DNA of 64,000 bases from Mobula hypostoma. Lineage: Eukaryota. Position 1 is the stretch's first letter. Every line of letters begins with the position of its first letter. Positions 23,881-36,891 of the stretch are shown here, piece after piece. The stretch is from contig NC_086108.1 in assembly GCF_963921235.1 (NCBI RefSeq), forward strand, positions 72,542,001 through 72,606,000, written 5' to 3'. The position numbers and the translations under genes are program-made. A model generated the notes under the pieces. The model was not told the DNA's origin, ran no database searches, and worked only from the letters and a program-made list of their open reading frames with translations.

Positions 23881-25218
23881 TTGTAGCGGGATTGTTTAAA
23901 TACGATGTATCCTAACCGGCTGCCCATTGTCTATCAATGCACCTTTTACACTGCTTGCTATTCAACTAACAGGCAATTGGCTTTAAAACAAAATCGTCAT
24001 TGAGCTATGGACTTTCATTGCAATGTGATATTTGTGCTGAAGTTAGTTTTCTTGCATTAAAGGAGCCAAATAAATGTGGCTATTGTCATGATGAAAGGCA
24101 GTGTCTTAATTTAATACATCCACAGAGATCTCTTTTGTTCCTGACAAGCTACAGTAGAATGTTTGCAGGGCTGATACCAATATCCCACTGCAACATCAGT
24201 GAAAACCTAGAGAAACCGAATAAATGGCTGTTAGGTTACCTACCAGACTTGCGCAGGGATCAGGACAACCACCATGATAATTTTGAGCTGTTCTGGCTTC
24301 TATTATTTATTATTGTTCTTCAGCATGTGGTCAATACTAATTTATTCACTCTATTATGTATGGAGTAAGGAGATTGACAACTTGCTGTCTCGCTGTGTGA
24401 TGTGGAGGAGTAGTTCGCAGTAATTGCTGTTGCCAGGCCTGGGTGTGATGAAGGGGAGCAGGCCGCAGCCAGCTCAGTCCTGCTGAGTTACAGTGGAGAG
24501 ACAGCTAGGTGATAAGTACAAGTGAGTGAGTTAGAAAATAATTAGTTTAAAAAATCCTCTTTTAAAAATGTTTCAAGCAGATTATAAACTGAATTATCAT
24601 TTGTCATTGAGGAAAAGTAAGAAATACATCAATCAAAGTGGTGTTTTATTGGCCCGTGCTAAGACTGGGTCACACAAGTGAGGCCGGAACATTCCGATTG
24701 CAAAGCACGAGGTCTAAGTACAAAGGGACTGCTAACCTGCTGGAGTCCTTGCTCTGTGAGTGAGATGTTTCATTGTGGGCAGCTCGTCAACCTGGCCAGC
24801 ACAGATATTGGGATCCGTCCATACTCATGGGCATGTGCAAGAATTTCAATTTGCCAGCTTTGGAAGCATATGTGTGTCAGGCAGCCATAAAACTGTGTGA
24901 ATGTGTTCACAAGTAACTATAGCTTTGTGTTACACGGTAAATATTGTTGAAGGGTCTTTGCTGCTCTTTGCCCGCTACATCTTGTGCACTCCTAATACTA
25001 ACATTCTAAACATTTTGGGAATCACATGGTAGCCCACACAACATTTCTCAGCTTGTCAGATCTTACTTTGTGCAAATTATTAGCAGCAGTAAATACATTT
25101 CCAATACTACGGCGCATTCTTGTCTGTGAAGCACTTTAGAAAGACATCATATGCGTAGACATTTACCTCTGTTTTCAGATCTTGCGGCACTACATATTTA
25201 GCCTCACTTCCATGTGGG

Positions 25219-25468
25219 CATAAGACATAGGAGCAGAATTAGGCCATTTGGCCCATCGAGTCTAATCCACTATTCCGTCATGACTGAGTTATTATCCTTC
25301 TCAACTCCATTCTCCTACCTCACCCCGTAACCTTTGGGAAATATACTAATCAAGAATCTATCAGTCTCCACTTTAAATATACCCAAATGACTTGGCCTCC
25401 ACAGCCATCTACGGCAATGAATTCCATAGATTCACTATCCTCTGGCTAAAGAAATTTCTCCTGATCTA
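25219..25468 (-). mobile_element. CR1 3' end fragment
   Basis: cataagacataggagcagaattaggcc... is the reverse complement of the ends at 14850-15081 and 15200-15436. Confidence 0.88.
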
Positions 25469-27957
25469 CACTAAAGATGAACCCTTACACAGTTTGCACA
25501 GAGGTGAATTTCAGAGCAATGATGACAACTGTAATCAATAACATCTTTTAAAAATGTGCAATCACTACTTTCATCTTCTTTATCAAAGTAGGTACTACAC
25601 TTGATAAGGTCTTTACAGATGATGTCAAGGGCATATTCTTTCTGTAATAACTGACTAACTACACACGTGAATGAAAAATTGGGGTGCTGGTATGACAAGG
25701 TGAATCTTGCCTTTGCGTTATCGTGATCAACTCATTTCTTGTACTGCATATATATGCTGACTGAATAGTCTTTTCGATTGATTATGGAAGCTGAGCCTTC
25801 CTCTTGCAGATACTTGTTGCCCAGTACCAGAAGTTATATGGCAATTTTCATCATAAATTGGATGATTCATACATGATGTAAAAATGTAACATCCTGTGCT
25901 TTTTATAATTTCAAGGGGACTTGATTGCCTTTGTAAATGGAAGACTCACTCAGAGTAAATGTCAGGTGCTGGGTTTCACAGATGTTGTGAGGTAGGGCTC
26001 TGACTGTTTGCCTTCCGACACTAAATTCATGCTCTGGTGTTTCTAACTTTACCTCGTCAACCTAAAGTGTACTTTTGTTGTTATGATTGCGGATAGGTAG
26101 CTGGAATAGACCAAATTGCCCTAATCAGGATCTGGGCCCCAAAGTTCTGCTATGGCAGGGATTAAATCAGAATTTTGCTCTTGGGGGCACCACAACTCTC
26201 TGGGGCATGTACCAAGATATTACTAGAGAAAATCTTTGGAATAAGTTCTTTTTGGTTTAAGTGAAGCATGGAGAAGCTGTGTCTTGTCCAATGGAAATCA
26301 CAACCCAAGTATTCAATGTTGCCACCATGTTTCCCGAATTATGGATAGTGTGGCAACCTTTCGTTCATCAAAGTGGAAATATTTGGTTCAATTCCATGCT
26401 GCACTGAAATTACACCCAAATATAATCTCCCTCATTTATGAGAGCAACAGAGACTTCCATTAAAAAAATCTTCTCATTCATTTGTGATGTCAAATAAGAC
26501 TTTTTTGAAGACATATCTATGACCTACTTGGACCATTAACACTGTAGATTGAAATGAAAGGAGCATTAAATTTTTGATAGGAATTAAGTAAACTAGTAGA
26601 TGTTTAAAGAAAATGTTTATGATCCACTGGGAATTGACATATTTCTTAATACTTCACGTAAATTAATTGAAGTTTACAACAGAGATTTGCACCATTTGAC
26701 CATTAACTGTTCTCTGCCTGTGATTCTATTCCATGTAAGCTTTTCTGTTAAATACTGCACTTGAAAATAGGCGGGTGGAACATGTCAAGTTGATTGTGGC
26801 AATGCTTGGGATGGGCTGATGGCAGAGGTTGCCAGACAGTCTGATAATAGTATTCCTGAAACTGACTAACAGGAAGGAACTGCTATTCATCGGCTGAGAG
26901 ACCAGTCTCAGTTATCTTCACGAAGGATGCAAAGCATCATTTAAAAGATGCTGCAATCAAAGATTCATCTTGCTGAACCAGCATCCCTCTGATCATTGTA
27001 AAATCATTGCCCTGTAAGCTACCTGTGGCATGCTAATCTTAAACTCCAAAGTTCCAGGGGTACATGTTTCCAATTACCATTCCAGAAAGGCAAATAAGCC
27101 CCTACCTGAAATAACAAACATTATTATCTGGTTTTGTCTTCATGCAATGCCCGTTGTGATTGTATTGATCTATTTTAACACATCTGTGAGCAACCTGACA
27201 ACATTGGTGTGAGATGCTGCAAACTGCTGTGAACCCTTTAGAATGGAAATATTGTCGTCCCAGGCTTCCCAGTACTGAGAGTATGAGTGGGACAGAGTCA
27301 CTTTGTCACACATTGCATGGAAGTCGTGCTGAGCAAAAACAAAGGTTTCTGAAGGAGCAGTAATTTAATGCCACCACTGTCCTGGAGATATGTCAAACTC
27401 TCCACTGGTATTAGCCACAGGACTGTGGTTACTAATCAGTGGGATATTGGAGCTTTCAAAAGTGTGCACTTTCTAATATACTGGGGGGACCCAATCATAT
27501 ACCCTTTAGTTGGAGAAGTTGCGCTGTAACTTTGGCAATCTTTTTGATAGCTTAAATTACAGCTGCAACTATAAAGGTCCATTATGCACATCTCTTTCAT
27601 AAGTACAGCTGGATAAATCACTATCACATTATACCTACAGTATAAACAACCTGTCACACATATAGCTATAGAGATCACAGTCGCATATACATTCATAGAC
27701 TTCACCATCACATCTGTATTTATTTAGATGTGACGGTGAAATCACATCTATTCAATTCAACATCAAATCAATTCCATTGTTAAAGAGAGCCCTGTCATAT
27801 CTGTATACATATAGGTCCCAGTCGTACCAATAGCTATAGAGGTTCTAATCTCATTCTTAATGACTGAAGGTGGTGGAACAGCTGGAGATGCTGCCTCACA
27901 TCTCTGGGGATCTGCATTCATTCCTGACCTCAGGTGGTGCCTGTGTGAAGTTTGCAC

Positions 27958-28208
27958 ATCATCGCTGCAGCCACATACGGTAGCTCAGGGCTAACAACTC
28001 TGACTGCTAAAACACAACAGCAATGAAGAATCCTTCTGCATCTGCGTGTGACGGTGTTCTGTGACTCCACCCAGGGCCTGCATGACTGACAGTAGTGAAA
28101 ACTGAGAGGAAGCCACTGGCATGATGAAGGAAGCCCTGACCACCGCCAGAGGTGGAGGACCTTCATTGCTGCCCTAAATGCTAGTGGCGTAACGGGCAGA
28201 AAATAAGT
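27958..28208 (+). mobile_element. Short RTE-derived non-autonomous element
   Basis: Ends with RQRWRTFIAALNASGVTG, an RTE-clade C-terminus, fused to non-coding 5'-like sequence. Confidence 0.55.
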
Positions 28209-28335
28209 TCCATCTCCTCCCACGTCCCAAAGGCATGCAGGGACATAAAATAGTTACTGTAAATTAACATTTAGTGTAGGCAAGTATCAAAAGAATCAAA
28301 GGGGAACTGATGGGCATGTATGAGCAAATAAATTG

Positions 28336-28718
28336 GAAACATAGAATAGTACAGCACAGTACAGGCCCTTCAGCCCACAATGTTGTGCCGACCCTCAAAC
28401 CCTGCCTCCCATATAAGCCCCCACCTTAAATTCCTCCATATACCTGTCTGGTAGTCTCTTAAACTTCACTAGTATATCTGCCTCCACCACTGACTCAGGC
28501 AGTGCATTCCACGCACCAACCACTCTCTGAGTAAAAAACCTTCCTCTAATATCCCCCTTGAACTTCCCACCCCTTACCCTAAAGCCATGTCCTCTTGTAT
28601 AGAGCAGTGGTGCCCTGGGGAAGAGGCACTGGCTATCCACTCTATCTATTCCTCTTATTATCTTGTACACCTCTATCATGTCTCTTCTCATCCTCTTTCT
28701 CTCCAAAGAGTAAAGCCT
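28336..28718 (-). mobile_element. Young CR1 3' fragment
   Basis: Uninterrupted ORF 28395-28706: DMIEVYKIIRGIDRVD..TRGHGFRVRGGKFKGDIRGRFFTQRVVGAWNALP. Confidence 0.93.
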
Positions 28719-29784
28719 TAGCTCCCTAGAGAATAGGGAGCTCCCATAGAAGGTGTAAGGAAATAAGGAAGGAGAAATGGGACTGATGGGATTAGGTTGC
28801 TGGGAGCTAGTATGGACCTTATGGTGTATGATCTCCTACACATCATGATATGTAAATTAACATCCACAACAGCAGAGTTCCTAGTCACGTTCATAGCTAT
28901 AGAGGTCACAGTAAATTCCACATCTACAGAGATCCCAGTCACATCCTAAAGACATCCATACCTACAGATATCCCAAAACCATCCAATTATTGCATCATCA
29001 ATGTACAATACTTGGTATGGCTGAAGTAAAGGCTCAAGGATAATGACTCATAATCTGCATATTTTTTAGCAGCATATATTTTAGGTATTTTATTGGTAGT
29101 GGTAGTGGTACGTGGTTAGACGATTCGGAATCATATGGATTTTCATTGTGGGATTGGAGAGAAATGGTTTTCATCTAGTCCTTGCCTGTATTTCCTCTGA
29201 CTTTTGCTGAGGAGCATGGTAAAAAGCAGCTTATAAATTCAGTGTAGAACTCAATACCACCAAGAAGCAAATGAAGATTACGTTCTTTTGTCAAGAGGGA
29301 AAAGAACTCGGGACTGTTAATATTCACTGTTTCAGCCGTGAGGACATTCTTATAATTCTAATCATCTGCCCTGTCTCCTGGAGGATGGATGTTGGGAATC
29401 CCAATAAGCAGTCTAATAAAAGCTCTGTTCACCACTTGCTCCCATATAATTCAATGTACTTGTTACTTATGGAATGTAATGAATTTGATTTGTTCCTCTG
29501 GCTGGTTGAATGTTTGCTTGTGTACAGTACCAGCTTGAAAAGAGCAACGATGCAGATTCCAGATTGCAATATATCACAAATCAGATAACTATTGGTTTCA
29601 AGATCTATTCCCTCTGTAGGACTGGGAATAACCCGATGACAAGGGACTGTGCCTGCTGTTAGAAGCTAATCATACTTTATTCTATAAATTTAATAAAAAC
29701 ACGTTAACTTATGAATTAGTGACAGTGATCTTTGGGTGCTGAATGATTCAGCTCATTGGAGCTCCATGCATTCTTCTATTTCTT

Positions 29785-30800
29785 CCTAGGCATTTCCTCG
29801 GGATTGAGGATATTTATTCTGTCCAGTTTAATGGGTTCTCATTGCTTCATAGAGTCATACAGACAGAAACAGTCCATGTTAAGTATCAAGTATCTATCCA
29901 TACTAATCCCATTTTCCAGCACTCAGCCAGCGGCCTCCTAATGTTATGGTATTTCAAGTGCTCATCTAAGTACTTAAAATGTTGCCAGAGGACCTGTCTC
30001 CACCAGCCACTTAGGCAACGTATTTCAGATTCCAACCACTTCTGGGTGTACACTTTCTTCCTAGAAATCTTTTATTTCTTATCCAAAACTCATGCCTTCT
30101 GGTTATAGGGAGCCCTACAACAGGAAAAGGTTTCTCCCTCTCTCCCCTCCACTAAACCATTCCCTCATTATCTGTGCCTATTCCATAGAAAACAAACCTA
30201 TCCTTTCCGGTCTTTCTTCATAACGGAAACATTTCATTCCAGACAAGATCTTGCAACCTCTTCAGTGCAATGACATTTTTGCTGTAGCGTAGTGATCAGG
30301 AATACACACAGGATGTCGTCCAACTAACAGTTATTATGTTTGTACCATTATGGCTCTACTCTTCTATTCTATGCCTCTAATGAATGCAAATATCCCATAT
30401 GTCAATTTACTAGCGTCGGCTTACCTGTTGGAATTCTTGGATATGTGCTCCAAGGTTCTTTGATTATTCATGAATTACTAGGTCCTTCCATTTATTGTGT
30501 CCATCCTCACCTTATTAGTCCTCCAAAATATATCACTTCACCTTTTTTTTTTAAGAATGAAATTCCATTTACCATTTCTCTACTTATCTTACCGACTGAC
30601 CAAGGCCATTATATAGCCAAAATCTGCCTTTCTCACTATCAATAATAATTATCAATCTTTGGGTCATCTATGAACTTCTTAATCACTCCTCCTACATTCA
30701 TAAGCAGATGATTAATGTTCAAAAAGCAGCAAGAGCCCAAGCACTGGTCCCTGCTGTACATCACTGATCACAGGCTTTCAAGATGCAAAATTAACCCTTG
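29785..30800 (-). mobile_element. Old degenerate CR1 fragment
   Basis: Tail catagagtcatac..cagaaacag, residual ccaaccacttctgggt and gagcccaagcactggtccctg motifs. Confidence 0.65.
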
Positions 30801-30829
30801 TTCATTATGTTCTTTGGGTACAAGGGGTG

Positions 30830-31136
30830 GGGCACAGTAGCATAGTGGTTAGCACAGCGTTTTACAGTTGTGGTGACGGGATCATTTCCCGCCACTACCT
30901 GTAAAGAGTTTGTCCATGCTCCCTGTGACCACATGGGTTCCTCCTCGTGCTCTGGTTTCCTCCCCGTGCTCTGGTTTCCTCCTACATTCCAAAGGCATAC
31001 TGGTTAGTAGGTCAGTTGGTCATTGTAATTTATCCCATGATTTGACTAGCATTAAATTGGAGTTGCTGCCAGCGCAGCTCTAAGGGCTGTAAGGGCCTAT
31101 TCCACATTGTATGTTGAAATAAAAAAATAAATAAAA
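30830..31136 (+). mobile_element. tRNA-derived V-SINE (HE1-like)
   Basis: A-box tagcatagtgg, V-domain with a local duplication of cgtgctctggtttcctcc, A-rich tail. Confidence 0.85.
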
Positions 31137-31589
31137 TGTTTTCTTACCTTCTAGGTCTGTCCATGTACTGACTATGTCAACTGCATTCATTAACACAATG
31201 AGTTTGTTGAAGAAAGTGACTGTAACGAATCAGTTGCTACCTTTCCAAGTGCTAATTAACCTCAAGGTCAGAACTATTTTCATTAATTTCCTTACTACCG
31301 AGGAGGCTAATGGGATGAAGTAAGGAACTGCAGTCTCTACCACAAACAAGTGGGACAAGTAGTGGCTGATCAGATGATAGTGGGGTCCTTTTCTTCTGCT
31401 GCTTATACAGGAACATGAATACATGGACGTGTGGTTCACAATGCCAGCCCAAAGAATTTTTTTTCTCCACTCTGGATGATTTTGGGTAAAAGAATGCTAG
31501 GAAATGGTGAGGACGTGCATTCGTAGGGATGGTGCTGAACTTCTACCAAAACCAGGATGAGGGAATGTATCCTGTTCTAGCTACTCTGT

Positions 31590-32012
31590 ATTGGCTTTCT
31601 GTGTCTTTTAGAATTGACTTTAAAGTTCTCTTACTTACTTTTGAAGCTCTTAATGGCCTGGGACTGAAGTGCATCACAGAATTGTTTTTGTTTTATAATC
31701 CTGCTTGAGCTCTCCAATCTTCTTCCACTGGTCTCTTAAATTTAAACAATCTCCCTCAAAAGGTAATTGGCACGTCAGCTTTCTTGAACTACACTCCTAA
31801 ACTGTGGAATTCAATACTTAAAACTACAAGGCATGCAGACTCAGTTGACATTTTTAAACACCAGTTCAAGACCTTGCTTTTAAGTAATATCTTTTTGTAT
31901 TTTTATTTTCATTTTGTTTTATTTCTTTTTTATTGTTTGTACTATTATCCTATTGTAAAGCACTTTGCTCTACATCATCTGTATGAAAAGTGCTCTATAA
32001 ATAAAATTATTA
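31590..32012 (+). mobile_element. L2 LINE 3' fragment
   Basis: FRIDFKVLLLTFEALNGLG..APKLWNS-like C-terminus and tail gtaaagcactttg..gtatgaaaagtgctctataaataaaattattatt. Confidence 0.85.
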
Positions 32013-32299
32013 TTTTTTTCTCAAGGAGGCTTTGAAAGAATTTGGAATGGAGTGTTTGTTTCTTGAAGTCTGGTGTCAAGTATATGAGCAATATTTTTTG
32101 GCCAACAGAGTCAGCTGAGTGTAACTGGGGATGTTGGCCCTGGAGAGTATTCTACCACTGGTTCGCTGGTCATTCCAAAGACTTTGGAAGATTTTGCAGA
32201 GACAGTCTTGCATGTGACACGAGGTGAACTCTGGTAATTTGCCATCCTACGAGTTATCGCAAGATCTCCAGCAGGGTAATGCTAAAAGAGACCTACAGA

Positions 32300-32615
32300 T
32301 ACCAGTCTCAAAGATATCACCACCAGGCTCAAAGACAGCTTCTATCCCACTGTTATCAGATTCCTAAACCTACCTCTTGTACAATAAGATGAATTCTTGG
32401 CCTCACAATCTATCTCGTTATGATCCTACACTTTATTGTTTGCCTGCACTCACTCTTTCAGTAGCTTATACATTTTATTCCTGAATGTTCTTTTACCTTA
32501 ATTCTAGCTCAGTGCACTATTTAACAACTTGATCTGTACGAACAGCATGCAAGTCAGGCTTTTTACTACATCTTGCTACATGTGATGATAATAAGCCAAA
32601 ACTAATACCAAAGCC
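32300..32615 (+). mobile_element. Rex1/Babar-type 3' end
   Basis: caccaccaggctcaaagacagcttctatccc (TTRLKDSFYP) followed by 3' UTR and tail. Confidence 0.7.
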
Positions 32616-32971
32616 AAAAACCAATAGGATTGATGAAACTGACAAGAGGTTCCTTAGGGTGAAATAATTAGTCTCATATGAGATAACACAGTGAGTAGAA
32701 GGAGAATGGTGAAGGCTGAAGCAGTTACCCAAAGACATGTAGCATTTAGAATCAATGATCAAAGCTGTATTCTCTGAGAAAAGTACAATATAGTGTGTAA
32801 ATCAATTGGACTCTCTCTGAATGAGACTGACTGAAGTTTTGTAAAATGCTGAAGTCTCCCTTCAGTGTAACGTTCCAGTGATATGTGGCACAGAACACCT
32901 ATTACATTTCTCAGATGTGGCGTTATGTAGAACAACAGCAGAGGTAACAGGAATGAATGACCATGGATATA

Positions 32972-33730
32972 CAGTGGATTCTAGTTAATTGGCCACCGGT
33001 TAATCAGAGCAATTGCTTATTTGGCACAACTCTTAAAGAAGAAAACCAATTCCAGTAAATTGCTGGGATTCCCTTTGTTTATTTAGGACACAGTGCCGCT
33101 TAATTGGGGCAGGAGGTTTGCTGAACAGGTTCTAACTAGCGTCAGTCAGATGCACTTGTGTGGGTGTTAGATGCTACACCATACTTAAAACGAGCAGTTT
33201 TTAAATAGTATCAATTGCATGTGCTTGTGTTCAAAAATAGTGATTTTTGTCAACGATAGTTGCCAAGAAATAAGCAGTAAGAACTGCTTTGCTCACTGCT
33301 GTTTCAAGCATTCAGGCTTGGAGAGGCCAGAAATGGCCGGAAGTGAAAATGAATCAATTTCATAGTTAGAAACTATGAAGAATTTAAAGGTATCTAATAA
33401 CAATTATCTTGAATGTTGCAATGAAAGTGTAGATTTGGAGGATGCAGTCCATTATCTGCACTAGGTGTTTTCTCTGATTTTGTTCATTTACAGTCAATCA
33501 AAAGAACACCATCGATAACGATGAGGAACTAATACGCAGTTTTATAGTACAGTAGTACTATTTGTGGTATTCTAATTTGTTCTGCATTTCATTGAAAGAC
33601 ATAATTTGGTATACAGTTTGTCTTTTTCATTTTCTTAACTATTTCCATAAAACCTCAGCTAATGGGTGTATTTGCTTTATTGGGCCAAAATGTACTGGTC
33701 CCAATGTGACCCAATTAACCAAATCCACTG
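32972..33730 (+). mobile_element. Tigger/pogo (Tc1/mariner) non-autonomous DNA transposon, copy 1
   Basis: TA|cagtggattctagttaattgg ... ccaattaaccaaatccactg|TA gives TIRs and a TA TSD. Internal remnant NCFAHCCFKHSG resembles a Tigger C-terminus. Confidence 0.88.
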
Positions 33731-36104
33731 TATTCATTTTCCCATGGATTAGCAAGTAATTAAGAAAGGCAAGCTGAGATTCAGTGAAAATGGAATATTG
33801 CCCGAGGAATTGGTAGCCCAAGAACTGAAGAATTTCCAAACTTTCATTGTAGCTAGTGGTAGAACCATGGGAAATCAGTTAACATGCTTGATTAATATAT
33901 CCCTCCAAGATGTGAGCAGCAACTGTGGTGGGGCTAGGCCATTGAGTGAAGTGGGAGAAGGCGCTGGAAAGGGATGCATAGTGACTTTCCAGGTGTTGGT
34001 GGATTTTTACAATGTCTGGGTCACCAAATAGACCATTTATTGATGTTACTCAAAAAGTAATTTCTTCCTGGTTTCCTTATGCAAATGGGCAGGCATCTGA
34101 AGAGAATTACTTAAGGCGCCTGCCACCTCCCCTTTGGCCTCTGCCAAAGATGCTTCAGTATTCCCCAGTCAGCCTATCATCAGAAATATGTGATTGTGGA
34201 ATGCTAACTTTCCTCTGCAGACATTTTCATCAGATGTATCCCAGAATGGAGAACTTCACTCCCCCTTCCTACAACTGATGTACAAGCTCACTCCTCCCTT
34301 CTGAATGTGCAGCATATATACTTTTTAAAAATCACAAGTATTTGATTGTATCAGCTCAAAAACTTTGAGTCCACAATTAAAAATTAATCTCTACAGAGTC
34401 TGAAATCCTTTTGTGATCTTGTATTTCTGTCAGCTCTGAGATTCCTTTAAAAACTGGCTTTGCTGATGCTGTGTGGCCAAAATATGTGGATGTTTGAAAG
34501 TGCTTCAAGGCACAGGCAGCTATCGTGATTTAAAAACCTATAAATCTCTTGCAGAGTCGAGAGAGGAGAGTGGAGGTCAGTGAGAGGGAGCGCTGTTTCA
34601 ATTCATTTTGAAATGATAGCCTTTGTTGGCCTACAGCAAGTGATAGTTTGATCTGTTTCCAAGTTGTATCTCTTTCCCTTTGATCTGCTCTGTCAACTCT
34701 GGGTCAGCTTCGTAAACTCTAAATCAGCAATGCACATTTCTCTGCAACTAGAATTGCACAGGAAAAGGACAAAAGGACCAAGAGGAGCCAAGTTCATTAC
34801 TGAAATAAAAGTGGTGGACTCCTTCAAAATGGAAAATGGTCAGTCAGTGCATTATACAACAGTGTATATTAATATCACTGTATATCCTGGTATTTTGTAA
34901 CATTTAACAATCCAGTCTGATCTATTTTCTTGTGTACAGTTTTCGCCATGATGCTTTTCTCGTTTATGTTTTATCTGGATCTAATAGCTGAATATTTGCA
35001 GTTAGCCACTAGGGGTTGCTGCTTTATCAGAGTTACAGCCAGCCATTTATCATTTTCCGGCACATCATTTTGGTTTCCCAGTAAAGCTCGATTGTGTAAT
35101 AATTAAAATATATTGTCTTTGCATTAGTGTTATAGCAGAAATTCCCCTTCCAGGAAACCATTCATGTGCTACTAATTTATATGTGAAAAGGATTTTTCCG
35201 ATCAGAGCTTGTGAGAACCACTGGAGAGAAATGCATATCTCTGGAACTGTAGCCCTTTCCCATCTGGCACCTTCAAGACAGGAGGCCATCTGGGGATTAA
35301 AAAAATACCTTTGATCTTGCTCTTTTTTTTTGGAATATTTGTATATTCTTTTCCTCTACCATGTGCTTATACAGTAATAAATGTCTGTGTAACTCTGATT
35401 TCCAGAACTTCGTGAATGCACATATCACTGCTGATTAATAGGATAACTGATTTGCTTGAAACTCTGATTCTGAAAATATATTTGGCAGAGGAAAGGTTAA
35501 TCAAATGGTTATGTGATTTAAGGATTTTAAACTGAGTCTAGACATCAAATTAACTAATTGTTTTAGCGATTTCAGAAATAACATACAGACTGTGTAAAAA
35601 CTGTTTACACTACAGAATAAAAGCACAAACTACCAGTGTCCTAAGCAGTCCACCAATAGTTGCTCACAGATTGTTAAACACATGCATTTGTTATACTGGA
35701 AAGGTAATAACAGGCATCTGTTCTATGCATTTGATGATAGATGTCTGTAAAGGTGTTTTAAATCTGTGTTTACTGACAGAAAATGGATGTTACTTACTTG
35801 CCCTGATTTACACATGAATAGCACTAAATCTTAATTTCCTCTATGGTCTTCAATGTGTGCCGTGTCTGAGTGTACCTTTCAAACACAAGTGCCAATGTAA
35901 ATTGTGAGTGTCAAAAACTTGTTCGCTCATATTTCCCAGTTAAGGGGCTAGCTGCTTCTACAATAACCTGCACTGTACACTTCCACGCAGGTGCTATCTG
36001 TCTCAAAGGGCAGGTTGTTTCAGTAAGGAAAGACTTTATTTAAATGTCCAGTCTTTGGAAATAAGAAAAAAAAACTTAAGCAAATCCACCATGAATCTCA
36101 AATG

Positions 36105-36330
36105 TGCTTCATAGTCAATAAAGTGTTTTTTTTTAATTTGGAGATACTGCACGGTCCAACGAGTCCACACTGCCCAATTACAACCATGTGACCATTTCAC
36201 CACAAAACGCATATACTGTCTATCGAAACTAGCGTAGACAGAGGAAACCCCCATGGTCACGGGGAGAATGTACAGACAGCACCGGGAATTGAACCCAGGT
36301 CATTGGTGCTGTAATAGGATTACACAGTGC
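36105..36330 (-). mobile_element. Degenerate tRNA-SINE
   Basis: Minus strand gggttcaattcc B-box followed by cattctccccgtgaccatgggggtttcctc. Confidence 0.65.
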
Positions 36331-36891
36331 TCTCTAATATATAACCATTGTTATTCTTGATCATTGTTATCTGTGACAAAAGATTTGGAAAACAATATTT
36401 GCTTAGCAAGGCCCGCTAGCAGCAGCGAATTGCATGGCAAATTATTTTTTAAGGTAGTAACTGGGGAGTGACCAGAAAAGAGGGAGATGCTCAGTTCTTC
36501 ACTGTTCTATGTACAGTACTGCTTACTGTCTAATTTCAAGTATACTAAACACTGAATAATTCTCTAGCTACGGTGAAGCTGTGCTTTCTGAAGTTTGCAG
36601 AGTCTAATTTTTTGCTAACCAAATATAGGCTTCACTCAGTCAAATTCTTAATTGATATTTGGTCAGGGAATATCAAAGATTCAGCTTCCACTGTAGGAGA
36701 ACCTTGTATTCTCAGTTTATTTTGCATTTGTAACAATGTGCATTGTACATAAAATAGATCCATGTACAGATGTTAAGATCCTAGTCATACCACCTAAGCA
36801 ACAAAAACTTATTCTGAAGAACTAGTCAAGATTCAGAAGTTTATTTGTTTAAATTTAAAGATAATGCATGGGCAATTTGTACTGTTACATA

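Larger units (their letters stand above)
27866..28840 (+). mobile_element. V-SINE interrupted by an RTE derivative and a CR1 end
   Basis: Head ..gctgcctcaca..tgtgtgaagtttgcac to 27957, body resumes ctcccacgtcccaaagg at ~28215, tail at 28730-28840. Confidence 0.6.
27600..28975. repeat. Degenerate ~26-bp minisatellite split by nested insertions (27866-28840)
   Basis: Units like cacatatagctatagagatcacagt and cacgttcatagctatagaggtcacagt occur on both sides of the inserted block. Confidence 0.6.

Noticed and set aside
23225..23899. Longest ORF in the track (224 aa)
   Set aside because: It lies in the C/T-rich tract where stop codons are rare, has a non-ATG start and an L/S/P/H-biased product with no domain.
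27600..28975. Repeated ~26-bp units superficially like a CRISPR array
   Set aside because: The units are degenerate and tandem without unique spacers, the context is eukaryotic and there are no cas genes.
29001..29024. ATG TAC AAT ACT (MYNT), resembling the p55alpha/p55gamma N-terminus
   Set aside because: It continues W-Y-G-stop with no similarity to the rest of that exon, and lies upstream of where that exon is expected.
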